NCBI GenBank assembly: GCA_040754495.1
Contig: JBFMCO010000051.1
Span: 1 to 63,069, forward strand
DNA length: 63,069 nucleotides
From: Candidatus Micrarchaeota archaeon
GTDB taxonomy: Archaea > Micrarchaeota > Micrarchaeia > Anstonellales > Bilamarchaeaceae
Direction of reading: 5' to 3'
Of the stretch, positions 9,971 to 18,169 are shown piece after piece. Each line of letters starts with the position of its first letter. Within the stretch, counting starts at the first letter, position 1. The notes under the pieces are model-generated. The model was not told where the DNA came from. It worked only from the letters and a program-made list of their open reading frames with translations, and ran no database searches. The position numbers and the translations under genes are program-made.

Positions 9971-11044
9971 CTAATCACAGATGCCCCTGCCGCCGGCGTA
10001 GGAAATAAGCGTTTTGGACGTGCGCTTGAATATCTTCCTGAACCTTATCCGTATCCTACCATTCTCCTTCGTCCTGGAAATCTCCTCGAGCCGCACTTCC
10101 CTGCTCATGTGGTGGCGGATGTCCTCCCACACGGCCGGGTTCTTTATCAGTATCTCGAATTCCTCGTCCGTCTCCTTCCCCTCCTTCGCGCCCTTTATCG
10201 CCTTTTCCAGGCCCTCATAGAACGCCTTTCCCAGCTTCATCGCATACTCTTCCCGGCCGAGGCCGAAATCCGAGATGAAGAATGCCGAGCGCAGGACGCG
10301 CTGATAGTAGAAGCCGATGGGCATGTCGAAGAGAAGCCTGGAGCTCCTGGAAATGTCCTCGATGTCGGACCACGGCGTGACATATTTGACGGCCTCTGAC
10401 CGGTCTTCGCTCTTGAGGACCATCCCCTCCCGCTTCCCCCTGTTGAGGGAGAGGATGAGGCTTCCGAGCCCTCTGATGTCGCCTGATGCGAACCTTCCAA
10501 GGACCGGCACGCCCTGGATGCCATGCTCTTTCAGGAGCGAGTAGCGCTCCTGGCATGGCAGGTACGTCCCGTCCCCCCTGTCGATGTCGAACACGAACAG
10601 CCTCACATCGAAATCATCTTCCGGGGGAGTGTAAGGCGTATTGCCTATCATCTCCGCGCAAAGCACCTTCTCCGGGTGCTCCCTGAAGAATCCCTCCAGG
10701 CCCGCCTCCCTCGCTTTCTCGGTGACGAAGGCGTCCAGGAAGCCGCCCCTGGAGAACGCGCATACGGCGCCGCCTATGGAGGCGATGCGGATGTTGAAGC
10801 CGTCGATTTTCTCTTCGGCATAGAGCCAGGGGGCCCTGATGTTGCGGGCAAGCCCGTTTTCCAGCGTGAATATCCTCTTTATGTGCGGGAACCCGTGGAT
10901 GACGCGCTTGCGCGTCACGACCGTTCCGCGCTCGATGCCGCGGAATCCATCCCGGAACCGGATGTACTCTATATCGCCCCTATGCCTCTCGAGCTTTTCG
11001 CGCCTGAGGCCCTCAGAGACAAGCGCCCCCGTAAGCTTCGCCAT
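9971..11044 (-). CDS. ATP-dependent RNA ligase, Pab1020/Rnl3 family
   Basis: Adenylation motif EKIDGFNIRI, AFSRGGF, EMIGNTPY, REGMVLK and VKYVTPWSDI; ~357 aa. Confidence 0.88.
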   Translation of the reverse strand: MAKLTGALVSEGLRREKLERHRGDIEYIRFRDGFRGIERGTVVTRKRVIHGFPHIKRIFTLENGLARNIRAPWLYAEEKIDGFNIRIASIGGAVCAFSRGGFLDAFVTEKAREAGLEGFFREHPEKVLCAEMIGNTPYTPPEDDFDVRLFVFDIDRGDGTYLPCQERYSLLKEHGIQGVPVLGRFASGDIRGLGSLILSLNRGKREGMVLKSEDRSEAVKYVTPWSDIEDISRSSRLLFDMPIGFYYQRVLRSAFFISDFGLGREEYAMKLGKAFYEGLEKAIKGAKEGKETDEEFEILIKNPAVWEDIRHHMSREVRLEEISRTKENGRIRIRFRKIFKRTSKTLISYAGGRGICD

Positions 11045-11053
11045 CGATTGGGT

Positions 11054-11569
11054 TTACCACGGCACGTTTTTAAGGCCTGCCCTGTTCGCGAGCATGTTCG
11101 TCAAGGGATGCAGTATCAGGGTGAGCACCGCGAAGAAAACCAGGTTGGGCAGCTCGTAGAGGGCAGGCTGCGCGAGCGGATACACGAGCGCCATCGCCAC
11201 GATGAGGAACATGATGGTGTCCAGCACGAAAGGCCTCCCCGAGCCAACTCCGAATCTCCTCTTTATGAAGCTGCCAAGGGCATCCCCGGCCAGCGTGCCG
11301 AAGGAGAGCACGAACGCGGCCAGGAACTGGGTTCTCATGCCGTCGAAGAAAGGCAGTGCGTAAGCCGCCGCCACGAGGCCGCCAGCCACGGTCCCTGCGA
11401 GCGTTCCGCCAATAAAGCCCCTGGTGGTCTTGCCGTCTCCAAGGGCGCGCCTGCCATCCGGAAAGACGAACCCGAGGTCGAGCGGAGGGCCTCCGCCGAG
11501 GACCACCGGCGAAGAGTTCGCGACATACACCGGTATGAGGAACAGGAGTAGGTCTAGAAGCTGGACCAT
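11054..11569 (-). CDS. carS: CDP-archaeol synthase (DUF46)
   Basis: YVANSSPVVLGGGPPLD...GDGKTTRG and GDALGSFIKRRFG...LD motifs; multi-TM; C-terminal LKNVPW. Start taken at MVQLL. Confidence 0.9.
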   Translation of the reverse strand: MVQLLDLLLFLIPVYVANSSPVVLGGGPPLDLGFVFPDGRRALGDGKTTRGFIGGTLAGTVAGGLVAAAYALPFFDGMRTQFLAAFVLSFGTLAGDALGSFIKRRFGVGSGRPFVLDTIMFLIVAMALVYPLAQPALYELPNLVFFAVLTLILHPLTNMLANRAGLKNVPW

Positions 11570-11619
11570 GACGCGTTTCCCCAAAGAACATTTATATTTA
11601 TATCCTGAGATTTTCCGCC

Positions 11620-12558
11620 ATGCAACCTGAGATAAGAAAAAGGCCAGCCAGGCCCAGCGGCGTCCTGCTCGGGACCGCGCTTGCAATCCTGCTGGTGTTC
11701 CTGCTCGTCGTAGTCCTGTTCTTCGTCCTCTCCTCCTTCACCCCCACCCTGCTCGGCAAATGCGTGGCTGTCATGGACATAAACATGCCGCTTACGGTCG
11801 AGGGCGCCGCGCCGTCGCTTTTCGACGTGGGTTATCCCGGCTCCGAGCAGCTTGCCGCGTCCATCGCGTCCCTCAACAGGCGCGAGGACGTGGGCGCGGT
11901 CGTCCTGGTCTTCAATTCCCCGGGCGGCTCGGTCGTGGCGACAAGGGAGGTTTACCAGTCGGTCAAGGAGCTGGACAAGCCTTCGGTTTCCTATTTCAGG
12001 GAGGTCGCGGCCTCCGGTGCCTACTACGTTGCCAGCGGGACGGATTACATCGTCTCCGACCCGGACGCGCTCACCGGGAGCATCGGAGTGATAGCCACAT
12101 TCACGAGCATGGCCGGCCTGCTTGAGAAAATAGGAGTCAACGTCACATCCATAAAATCCGGGGAGCACAAGGACATCGGCTCGTCCTACCGCAACATGAC
12201 CGCCGGCGAGAAGGCGATACTCCAGGAGCTGATAGACGAGGTCTACCAGGAGTTCCGCGGCGTCGTGGTGGAGAACCGCGGGAACAAGCTGAACAAGGCG
12301 GTCTTCGACAACGTGACCGACGGGCGGATACTCAGCGGACGGCAGGCCTACAAGGTCGGGCTCGTCGATGAGCTCGGCACGAAGAAGGACGCGATAAAGA
12401 AGGCCGCGGACCTGGCAGGCATTCCCTACACGAGCGTGGAAGACATCCGCATCTGCCCGGTCCCGACGTCCACGGCAGATACCGGTCTTTTCAGCCTTGA
12501 GAGTTTCCTCAGGAAGCTCCAGGCGGGCTCGACCGTCCCCTCGCTTTCGTATAAGTGA
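11620..12558 (+). CDS. sppA: Signal peptide peptidase SppA (S49)
   Basis: N-terminal TM; NSPGGS, AASGAYYVAS, TGSIGV, KSGEHKD, GLVDELG. Confidence 0.92.
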   Translation: MQPEIRKRPARPSGVLLGTALAILLVFLLVVVLFFVLSSFTPTLLGKCVAVMDINMPLTVEGAAPSLFDVGYPGSEQLAASIASLNRREDVGAVVLVFNSPGGSVVATREVYQSVKELDKPSVSYFREVAASGAYYVASGTDYIVSDPDALTGSIGVIATFTSMAGLLEKIGVNVTSIKSGEHKDIGSSYRNMTAGEKAILQELIDEVYQEFRGVVVENRGNKLNKAVFDNVTDGRILSGRQAYKVGLVDELGTKKDAIKKAADLAGIPYTSVEDIRICPVPTSTADTGLFSLESFLRKLQAGSTVPSLSYK

Positions 12559-12908
12559 ATGTGATCCTGGTGAAAAACATACTGCCGCTGGCACTTCTTG
12601 CCGCCTTGCTCCTGTTCCTGGCCCTCGGCCTGCTCTTTGGCGGGGGCTCCAGGTCAATTAGCCCGGAGGAGCCCGCGCCTTCGAAGCCCTCGGTGTGCAG
12701 GGACGGGCAGACGCAGTACTGCTCGTCCGGGGGCTGCAGCGGCGCCTCCACCTGCATCGGCGGCGTATGGAGCGGATGCAAGTGGGAGCAGGTATGCACG
12801 CCCGGCTCGCGGGTTCCCTGCACGAAAGAGGGCTGCTTCTACGCGGTCCGGGAATGCAACGCCTGCGGCAGCGCCTGGGGGCCCTGCACGGGTGTCAATG
12901 CTTCCTGA
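12555..12908 (+). CDS. Small membrane-anchored Cys-rich protein
   Basis: N-terminal hydrophobic helix, then two Cys-rich units (11 Cys) ending W..C. Overlaps the sppA stop. Confidence 0.7.
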   Translation: MNVILVKNILPLALLAALLLFLALGLLFGGGSRSISPEEPAPSKPSVCRDGQTQYCSSGGCSGASTCIGGVWSGCKWEQVCTPGSRVPCTKEGCFYAVRECNACGSAWGPCTGVNAS

Positions 12909-12927
12909 GGGCGGCCGGCTGGCACAT

Positions 12928-12955
12928 GGGTTTCCGGTTCCCTGTTTCGGGCATG
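12928..12955. repeat. Degenerate 7-bp tandem array (heptad family)
   Basis: gggtttc cggttcc ctgtttc gggcatg, downstream of the Cys-rich gene. Confidence 0.55.
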
Positions 12956-13039
12956 TTTTGCGCCATTTTGTGTGTCTAAAGCGATAAAAATGCGCTTGAA
13001 CATATGGTTTTTAAATAATAGCCCAACAAAAGGGCTATC

Positions 13040-13765
13040 ATGCGCGCGTTCATCTTCTCTCTAGACGCTTTTGTGGCGTTCACCCTGGCCCTCGTGGCCA
13101 TTTACTCCCTCATCTTCTTCTCAAGCGTCCCATCTGCATACTACTACCTTCTAACACAGGGACACTACCTCTCGAGGGACATCCTCCTCTCGCTCTCGAC
13201 CACGCAATGCACGGACGACTACGGGACATGCAAGGCCGACGGCTCGCTGCTTGACAACATCGTTGCGCAGGACAACGCGGCCCTGAGAAGGGACCTTGTC
13301 CGGAACACGGTCGGCGTCATGGTCCCGCAGCAATTCGGATATACGGTGGAGCTGAGCGAGGACGAAGGGGGGAGTTGGGCCGTCGTATACGATACCGCCG
13401 ACTATACGCCGGCAGAAGACCCTCATGCAAAGAGGAGCAAGAAGCTCACGGTGGCCACGCAGGTCATGACATTCGGATACGGGGGCAAGGTGTTCAAGCT
13501 GCAGACGTCCCCGTACAACTACCTCTCATGCGAAGGGGAAGGGATTATCGGAGGCGGGGCCGGAGGGGGCTGGACCGGCGGCCAGGACACGGCCGATTTC
13601 GGCATAATAACGTGCGGCGAGCTCACGCAGACCATTGACAACGGCGACGGGACGTTCACGAACGTCACCACGAACATCGGCAACACGAACCCGAGCGATA
13701 TCCTCGGAGGGGACCTCATCCCGTCATCGGACGCGCGGCTCGTGAAGCTGACGGTATTCATCTAA
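13040..13765 (+). CDS. Pilin-like protein with class III-like signal peptide
   Basis: MRA|FIFSLDA followed by a hydrophobic helix; first gene of a five-gene run. Confidence 0.7.
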   Translation: MRAFIFSLDAFVAFTLALVAIYSLIFFSSVPSAYYYLLTQGHYLSRDILLSLSTTQCTDDYGTCKADGSLLDNIVAQDNAALRRDLVRNTVGVMVPQQFGYTVELSEDEGGSWAVVYDTADYTPAEDPHAKRSKKLTVATQVMTFGYGGKVFKLQTSPYNYLSCEGEGIIGGGAGGGWTGGQDTADFGIITCGELTQTIDNGDGTFTNVTTNIGNTNPSDILGGDLIPSSDARLVKLTVFI

Positions 13766-13775
13766 GGTGGTTTTG

Positions 13776-15341
13776 ATGGACAAGAAAGGATTCCTATTCA
13801 CCGTGACCGTTTTCCTGATACTCATCTACATCCTTCTTTCCATATCAGTCTGGGTCAAGTCGATAGAGGCCTCCGAGCGCTCGTTCTCGGAGTTCTACAA
13901 GGAGTCCACCGTGGAGCTTACCATAGAGCAGATAACCCCGGCCAAGATGGACAACGTGACATTCATCATAATGAACCGGGCCCTCTCCAGGCTCAACGAG
14001 CACGCAGCGGCCAACTGGGTGATTCCGGGCCCGATGGGCGATGAGGACGCGAACACGCGGGAAGCCCTCTTCTCCCTCCTAATGAACGGCTCTGCGCCGG
14101 CATCCGAGTTCCACGGGGGAGCGGCCATACCTGCCGAGGCCAACTCGTCGCTAACGGCATGGGTCAACAACCTCAACGCCTCGCTGCGCGCAATCGGCGT
14201 CTATGTGAGCGACTTCGGGGTCACCAACTTCAAAGTGGCCCAGAGCGACATCGACAGGGTCAACTATTCGTTCGACATGAAGCTCGGCCTCCGCGACTAC
14301 ACGAACACCTCCGCCGTCTCAAGGACGTACCGGATAGCGAACGAGCTCGACATCACGGGGCTGGTCGACCCTGCGCTCGCAAGGCAGAGCGCTGATTCGG
14401 CCGGCGACAACGGGACAATCTACAGGCAGTTCTTCTTCAACAAGGACTTATACTCCAACTACACGGACATAACCGCTGACACGCTGCCCCAGAGCGTCGA
14501 AGGCGGGCAGGGCTGGCTTTACGGGCCGCTTGCAAAGGCTTCAGGTTCCGGCGACCTCGTGCCGGAAGCGACCGACGTGGCACCGTCCGACAGGAGGCAC
14601 TACATCCTGGTCGGTACCATGGACCAGTTCAACGACCTGACCTCGGGAGTCTACCAGCAGTTCGGCGGCTACATACTCACGAACGCGCCCACGAACCCGA
14701 CCAACTGCAGCAGCAAGGAGAACGAGGACGACACGTTCAACCCCCTGAAGTATTCCGGCGTTTCGTGCAACGTGTCGGTAGGCACGCCATACACCGGCAA
14801 GCCGTTCATGGTGGCGCCGGGCTTCAACCCGGTCACTGCCCCGGAGTGCCCGATGCTTGACGGGAGCAACGCCTCGCGCAGGTGCGTGCTCATGCTGAAC
14901 AGCTACCTCCCGGAGGAGGTGTCCGACGACCCGGAGCGGAAGCTCGTCACGACCGGCAGCGGCCTCTACGGCCTCGAAATCGTCAGGGACTTCGTGATGT
15001 GCGGCTACTACACCCACAACCCGGAGGCGCCCTCGTACCTCCAGAGGCTGCTCAACGACTCATATTCGCGCAACAGCTCGCAGTTCGGCATTGAGACATT
15101 CGTCATAGGCAATTACGCCGCGGACTACGACGTCTATGACATTAACAGCAGGCTGGACCGCGAGCTCTTCATGGGCGGCATCGCCGGCATCAAGGTCAGG
15201 GGCCTTCCCGGGTGCAGGGATTTCGCATCCTGCTCGGACAGCCCGATTACAGGCATCTTCGCGGTAAGCGACGGCACGAAGGACGACTACGGCTTGGGCG
15301 ATGTGGCATGCGACAGCGGCGCTGCGGGGTGCGACTCATGA
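13776..15341 (+). CDS. Large minor-pilin-like protein with class III signal peptide
   Basis: MDKKG|FLFT plus hydrophobic helix; 520-aa extracellular part with several Cys. Confidence 0.72.
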   Translation: MDKKGFLFTVTVFLILIYILLSISVWVKSIEASERSFSEFYKESTVELTIEQITPAKMDNVTFIIMNRALSRLNEHAAANWVIPGPMGDEDANTREALFSLLMNGSAPASEFHGGAAIPAEANSSLTAWVNNLNASLRAIGVYVSDFGVTNFKVAQSDIDRVNYSFDMKLGLRDYTNTSAVSRTYRIANELDITGLVDPALARQSADSAGDNGTIYRQFFFNKDLYSNYTDITADTLPQSVEGGQGWLYGPLAKASGSGDLVPEATDVAPSDRRHYILVGTMDQFNDLTSGVYQQFGGYILTNAPTNPTNCSSKENEDDTFNPLKYSGVSCNVSVGTPYTGKPFMVAPGFNPVTAPECPMLDGSNASRRCVLMLNSYLPEEVSDDPERKLVTTGSGLYGLEIVRDFVMCGYYTHNPEAPSYLQRLLNDSYSRNSSQFGIETFVIGNYAADYDVYDINSRLDRELFMGGIAGIKVRGLPGCRDFASCSDSPITGIFAVSDGTKDDYGLGDVACDSGAAGCDS

Positions 15342-15904
15342 CGACCACTACCACTCACATCAGGGCTGAAGAAGATGGTTTCCGGTTTCGGGTTTCCGGT
15401 TTCCAGAATCCAAAACCCAAAACACAAAACCCAAAACCCGCTGCTGCCGGCCGGATGCCGGCTGCCGGCGGCCGGACGCTGAGGGGGCAGACTTCACTGG
15501 AGCTTCTCGTGACGGTCGGCGTGGTCGTGGCATTCACGCTACCGGTAATCTTCCTCCTCCTCTCCGTCAGCTCAGTGGGCTATGAGGACACGGCGAAGGC
15601 GCAGGCAGACGCTTCGGGAAGGACTCTCGCAGACGCCATGAACGCGGTCTATGCGCAGGGCCCCGGGGCGCAGAGGGAGCTCATGCTCAACGTCCCGCCC
15701 TCCACCGAGGCGGTGTACGCGGCAGACGGGGAGGCGGTCGTCAGGATAAAGACCGCGGGCGGGAGCTTCGATGCGGCATCGCCCACTATCGCGAAGATAG
15801 GGCCGCTCAGCGAGAGCATAGAGGACAAGAGGGGCCTTTTCAAGGTCGTCGTGCGCGCGAACAGCAACGGGGAGGTTGAGATTGATGACCCGGCCACCCC
15901 CTGA
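15338..15904 (+). CDS. Pilin-like protein (RG|QTSLE) with a repeat-expanded leader
   Basis: ATG overlaps the upstream stop (ATGA). Class III motif LRG|QTSLELLVTVGVVV. The leader contains the heptad array. Confidence 0.72.
   Translation: MTTTTTHIRAEEDGFRFRVSGFQNPKPKTQNPKPAAAGRMPAAGGRTLRGQTSLELLVTVGVVVAFTLPVIFLLLSVSSVGYEDTAKAQADASGRTLADAMNAVYAQGPGAQRELMLNVPPSTEAVYAADGEAVVRIKTAGGSFDAASPTIAKIGPLSESIEDKRGLFKVVVRANSNGEVEIDDPATP
15377..15439. repeat. Heptad array, 9 units, in frame inside the prepilin leader
   Basis: ggtttcc ggtttcg ggtttcc ggtttcc agaatcc aaaaccc aaaacac aaaaccc aaaaccc (63 nt, head-to-head), followed by GGATGCC-type units. Confidence 0.9.
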
Positions 15905-16367
15905 GCGCAGCTTGAAAGGGCAAGTAGCAACCGAGTTCATGCTTTACACCGCAGTGTTCATGTTCGTGGCCATGGCCTCGTTCGTGGTAGTGAACGACCT
16001 GCAGACGGCGGAAGTCCCGCTCCAGCAGAACACCGTAGCCCGGGAGGCCGGGGAGGGCTTCGTGAATATAATCACGCTTTCCGTGAAGGGCGGGGAAGGG
16101 TTTTCATACAACTACTCCTTCCCGAGGACGATATTCGGCCGGCCGTACTCGCTCGACATGCGGGGCCTTGCATCGGCAAAGTCGGTCATCCTGCTCGAAT
16201 GGGAAGGCGACTACGGGAATTTCAGCTATCTCTACGACGTTCCGAACTACCAGTACCTCGTCGAGGGCGGGTGCATGAGCGGCGACATCCTCAACAGCTC
16301 GGCCTGCTCGAACGTGCTCATGTTAAATAACGATGGAGAAAATCTTACTATCACGCAACTGCCATAG
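15885..16367 (+). CDS. Pilin-like protein (KG|QVATE)
   Basis: Class III motif LKG|QVATEFMLY plus hydrophobic helix. Confidence 0.72.
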   Translation: MTRPPPERSLKGQVATEFMLYTAVFMFVAMASFVVVNDLQTAEVPLQQNTVAREAGEGFVNIITLSVKGGEGFSYNYSFPRTIFGRPYSLDMRGLASAKSVILLEWEGDYGNFSYLYDVPNYQYLVEGGCMSGDILNSSACSNVLMLNNDGENLTITQLP

Positions 16368-16375
16368 GTGGGAAC

Positions 16376-16855
16376 ATGAAAGGACAATACTTCAGCTTTG
16401 ATGCGATAATCGCCTCGGTCATATTCGTCCTGGCACTGGTCGCGCTCCTGTCCTACTGGCACAGCGTGCGCTCATTCCTCGACTACCAGAACGACCCGCT
16501 GTCCAAGGACGCGATAAGGGTCTCGAACCTGCTTTTCACGCCGCCAGCGCCCTCTTCCACCTGCGGTACCCTGGAGAAGCTCGGATTCGCCGCGGCATGG
16601 GATGACAAGCGGCTGGACCCGGCCCTCATAAACTGCGCTGAGGGCATGAGCCAGGCGTCGCTGAAAGCGAACCTGAGCACCCCATACGGCGTGGTCATCA
16701 ACATAACCAACGTCGCTAACGGCTCCGTGACCACGATAGGCGGGGACGTTCCCGGCAATGCCGTGAACGTGGTTAAGATAAGGCGGCTTTCGACCGCGCA
16801 GAACAGCAGCGGCGGGACTTATCTTGCGGCCGTGGACCTGACTCTCTATAGGTGA
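16376..16855 (+). CDS. Pilin-like protein (KG|QYFSFD)
   Basis: MKG|QYFSFDAIIASVIF plus hydrophobic helix. Confidence 0.72.
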   Translation: MKGQYFSFDAIIASVIFVLALVALLSYWHSVRSFLDYQNDPLSKDAIRVSNLLFTPPAPSSTCGTLEKLGFAAAWDDKRLDPALINCAEGMSQASLKANLSTPYGVVINITNVANGSVTTIGGDVPGNAVNVVKIRRLSTAQNSSGGTYLAAVDLTLYR

Positions 16856-16859
16856 CACG

Positions 16860-17531
16860 GTGGCACTCAGGACTGCGGAAGAGCAATCATCAGGGCAGGG
16901 GGCTCCCTCCCGCATTGCCGCAAAACCCCTCGTCGAGCCCATAATCGACCTGAACGAGCGGATATTCAGGCGCATCGGCCTCTCCGGGACCCCGTTCGCC
17001 TCGGCTCACAGGTTCCCGGGCGTCAATCTGCTCCACCCCCACGTAAAATTCCCGGAAAGGCTCGCGAACAGGCAGGTCCTCGAAATCGGCGGCGTGGAGA
17101 ACGACCTGCGCCAGTATTTCCGCTCGCTCGGCGCTTCCTACCTGAACGTCCGGCTGGAAAAAGGGGAAATGCAATCCACGCAGGCCGCGGATTTCATGGA
17201 CGTCCACGGCAGGTTCGACGTCATAGTCTCCATGGGGGTTTTCGAGGAAGGCGGCATAGACCGCCACCGCATGACGGGGCTAAGGCTCGGAACGAAAAGG
17301 ACCGACCGGGAGCGGCTCGCAAAGCTCGCGTCCCTCCTCAAAAGCGGCGGCACGTGCATCATCGGGACCATCAGCCACCCATGCCTCTTCAGGGACGTGG
17401 ACATCAGCGCGGAAGGGTTCGGGACGGTGCACCGGCAGGGGCCATTCTACAGTTTCCTGTTCCTTGACCTCGACAAGAGGCCTTATGACCCGGCCGACAA
17501 GAGCGAGCTCCTTCTCCTTTCGCGCGTCTGA
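16860..17531 (+). CDS. Putative class I SAM-dependent methyltransferase-like protein
   Basis: QVLEIGG (motif I-like), FDVIVS, and LKSGG..II. Confidence 0.5.
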   Translation: MALRTAEEQSSGQGAPSRIAAKPLVEPIIDLNERIFRRIGLSGTPFASAHRFPGVNLLHPHVKFPERLANRQVLEIGGVENDLRQYFRSLGASYLNVRLEKGEMQSTQAADFMDVHGRFDVIVSMGVFEEGGIDRHRMTGLRLGTKRTDRERLAKLASLLKSGGTCIIGTISHPCLFRDVDISAEGFGTVHRQGPFYSFLFLDLDKRPYDPADKSELLLLSRV

Positions 17532-17581
17532 TACATTTTTATAGCATTCCAGCCATATCTCCCCACAGGGGTGGTCGGATA

Positions 17582-18145
17582 GCGCATGCAGGCCTCGGAC
17601 GGACCCTGAAGGGAAGGGAAGCGGAGCGGCTCTTACAAGAGGATGCAGAAGGGCGAAAGCCTCTCGCATACCACAAGCCCCTGATTTTCAGCTCGCATCT
17701 CGGAGCCCCGCTCGTCGAATCTGCGTTCGGCAGCCTGCATGGCGTCGAAGGCGGAACGTTCGAGGTCAAGGCCTCGGGCGGGGCCGTAAAGGCGTACGGC
17801 CTCCTGTGGATATACAACAATCCGGCCCTCGAGGGCATAGACGTCCTGAACCACCGCCACGTGTGCCACGTCCTCCGGAGGCTCGCGAACGAGGCCAGGG
17901 AATTCGGAAGGCTCGTCCTCGGCGGCGGCTACCTTCTTGCCGACTACGACCGCCGCCTGCTCATGGTCTTCGGCGCGAGCGGCGATTTCGGGCGCCTGCC
18001 GGACTTCATGCAGCGCGAGGCCTTCCGGCGCTCCGGGCTGATGGTGCACCTTGCCGGCTACGGCAACGACCGGGCCCAGCCCGGCTCTGCGAACCAACAG
18101 GAAGCGAGCGAGTGGTACCTCTGCCATGGCATAGAGCTGGACTAA
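17582..18145 (+). CDS. Hypothetical protein lacking a canonical start (possible frameshift or pseudogene)
   Basis: The frame of the listed ORF 17861..18145 stays open upstream (TLKGREAERLLQEDAEGRKPLAYHKPLIF...). The nearby ATG at 17586 is out of frame. Confidence 0.4.
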   Translation, partial: AHAGLGRTLKGREAERLLQEDAEGRKPLAYHKPLIFSSHLGAPLVESAFGSLHGVEGGTFEVKASGGAVKAYGLLWIYNNPALEGIDVLNHRHVCHVLRRLANEAREFGRLVLGGGYLLADYDRRLLMVFGASGDFGRLPDFMQREAFRRSGLMVHLAGYGNDRAQPGSANQQEASEWYLCHGIELD

Positions 18146-18169
18146 AAAGATAGAAAAAGAAGAAAAAAA

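Noticed and set aside
372-9978. Many overlapping alternative-frame and antisense ORFs (e.g. 372..998, 5365..6366, 7180..7851)
   Set aside because: They are shadows of GC-rich real genes with no motifs or independent start signals. The same applies to similar shadow ORFs across the window.
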